Part shown: one piece after another, positions 63,030 through 64,000 of the stretch
Position numbering within the stretch: the first letter of the stretch is position 1
Layout of the letters: every line of letters starts with the position of its first letter
Source: Torpedo marmorata
Lineage: Eukaryota
Direction of reading: 5' to 3'
Length of the DNA: 64,000 nt
Assembly: GCA_977017645.1 (NCBI GenBank)
Contig: OZ360226.1
Location: 153,884,001-153,948,000, forward strand
Notes under the pieces: generated by a model
Seen by the model: the letters and a program-made list of their open reading frames with translations, nothing else
What the model was told of the DNA's origin: nothing
The model's database searches: none
Made by a program: the position numbers and the translations under genes

Positions 63030-63615
63030 TGTTGTGTGTGGATAAACAGGTTCAACAGGTCCCAGGAGCAACGAGTCTGAACACAGGCTAGTTATTTACA
63101 CACGTGGGGGAGTCGCAACAGGGATAAAACACACACACACACGCACGCACGCATGCACGCCAGAATGTACAACACACTCGCACCCAATCACGGATAGATA
63201 ACTTTACAGTAAGGTAATAATAATACCCGGCACCCCTTGATATAGTGCAGACATGGATCTTAACTAAACTAAACAAGCGACAGTGATTTCTAGACACACA
63301 ACATTACAGCTCACAACCCTTTGTCAGCGCACACCTTACCAACGACTCTCCAGCGTTGCCCACGGTTCCCAACCTGGTATGGAGCTAGGGTTCATCCCGG
63401 GGAAGAAGAAAAGAGGCAGATGGTCCACATGTTGTGGGCATTATAGGGCCGTCGGCTGGGGAGTCCGGCCCAGGTATCGATGAGGTAATTAAAGGGGCCA
63501 ATGACCAGGTGTATGCTAACCTGTGGGCGGGGCCTGGCCTTGATTGGCAGGTGAGGTAACTTCTGACTATGTTCCAGCCGGAGAGGTCACATAACCCTCC
63601 ACAATCCACACAACA
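63030..63615 (-). mobile_element. Solo LTR
   Basis: TG...CA termini with inverted ends TGTTGTGTG(TG)GAT / ATCCACACAACA. Flanks GGGGA / GGAGA (4 of 5). GC box GGGCGGGGC, CCAAT motifs and a minus-strand TATA-like CCCTATAATG. Confidence 0.65.
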
Positions 63616-64000
63616 GGAGAAGGCCACAAGGTTCCTTGAGCCTCTTTCAGCATTTAATATCCATGGCTCAACTTGCGCATCCACTCCTTTTTCTCACCCT
63701 ACATCCATATCCTCTGATTACCTTAGTGCACAAAAGTCTACTTATACAAGCCTTGAATATCGTCATCAACTGAACATTCACATCCCTCTGGCATGGAGAA
63801 TTTCAAACATTTACAAGCTTCAACAAAAATAAAATTTCTTCAGTCTTAAATGTCTGACCATATATATCCCTAGAAAACAGTCCTGGGGTTTATACCCACC
63901 AGTCAGGAGAAATTACTCTGCAGCAAAATATTGCAGATGCTGGAAATCTGAAAGTGAGGTAATGAAGGTATTTAAAATTCAGGATGAGCATTTTAAAATG

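Noticed and set aside
1-64000. CRISPR array or prokaryotic defence/operon system
   Set aside because: Vertebrate DNA. The direct repeats found are TSDs or tandem duplications, not regularly spaced repeat-spacer arrays.

Overview
This is eukaryotic vertebrate DNA. The repeat families (CR1 tails, Rex1/Babar, Penelope-like elements, shark-type SINEs) point to a cartilaginous fish, probably an elasmobranch. The only real host gene is the intronless class III POU transcription factor POU3F3 (Brn1) on the minus strand at 45749-46939, which carries a 16-Gln run. It sits in a roughly 32 kb AT-rich but CpG-retaining, transposon-poor domain (about 22.6-55.3 kb) that looks like a DNA-methylation valley and contains many enhancer-like blocks. 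The flanks are CpG-depleted and full of transposon relics: a BEL/Pao-CR1-Gypsy-Rex1 nest at 1-3.9 kb, a Tc1, a Rex1/Babar LINE, Penelope remnants (one carrying a hAT-type MITE), a solo LTR, and a set of 130-141 bp Penelope-derived inserts with 10-12 bp target-site duplications and hammerhead-ribozyme-like cores. There are three assembly gaps. I see no prokaryotic system, CRISPR array or rRNA/tRNA gene. All family names come from recalled motifs, not database searches, and boundaries of degenerate repeats are approximate.
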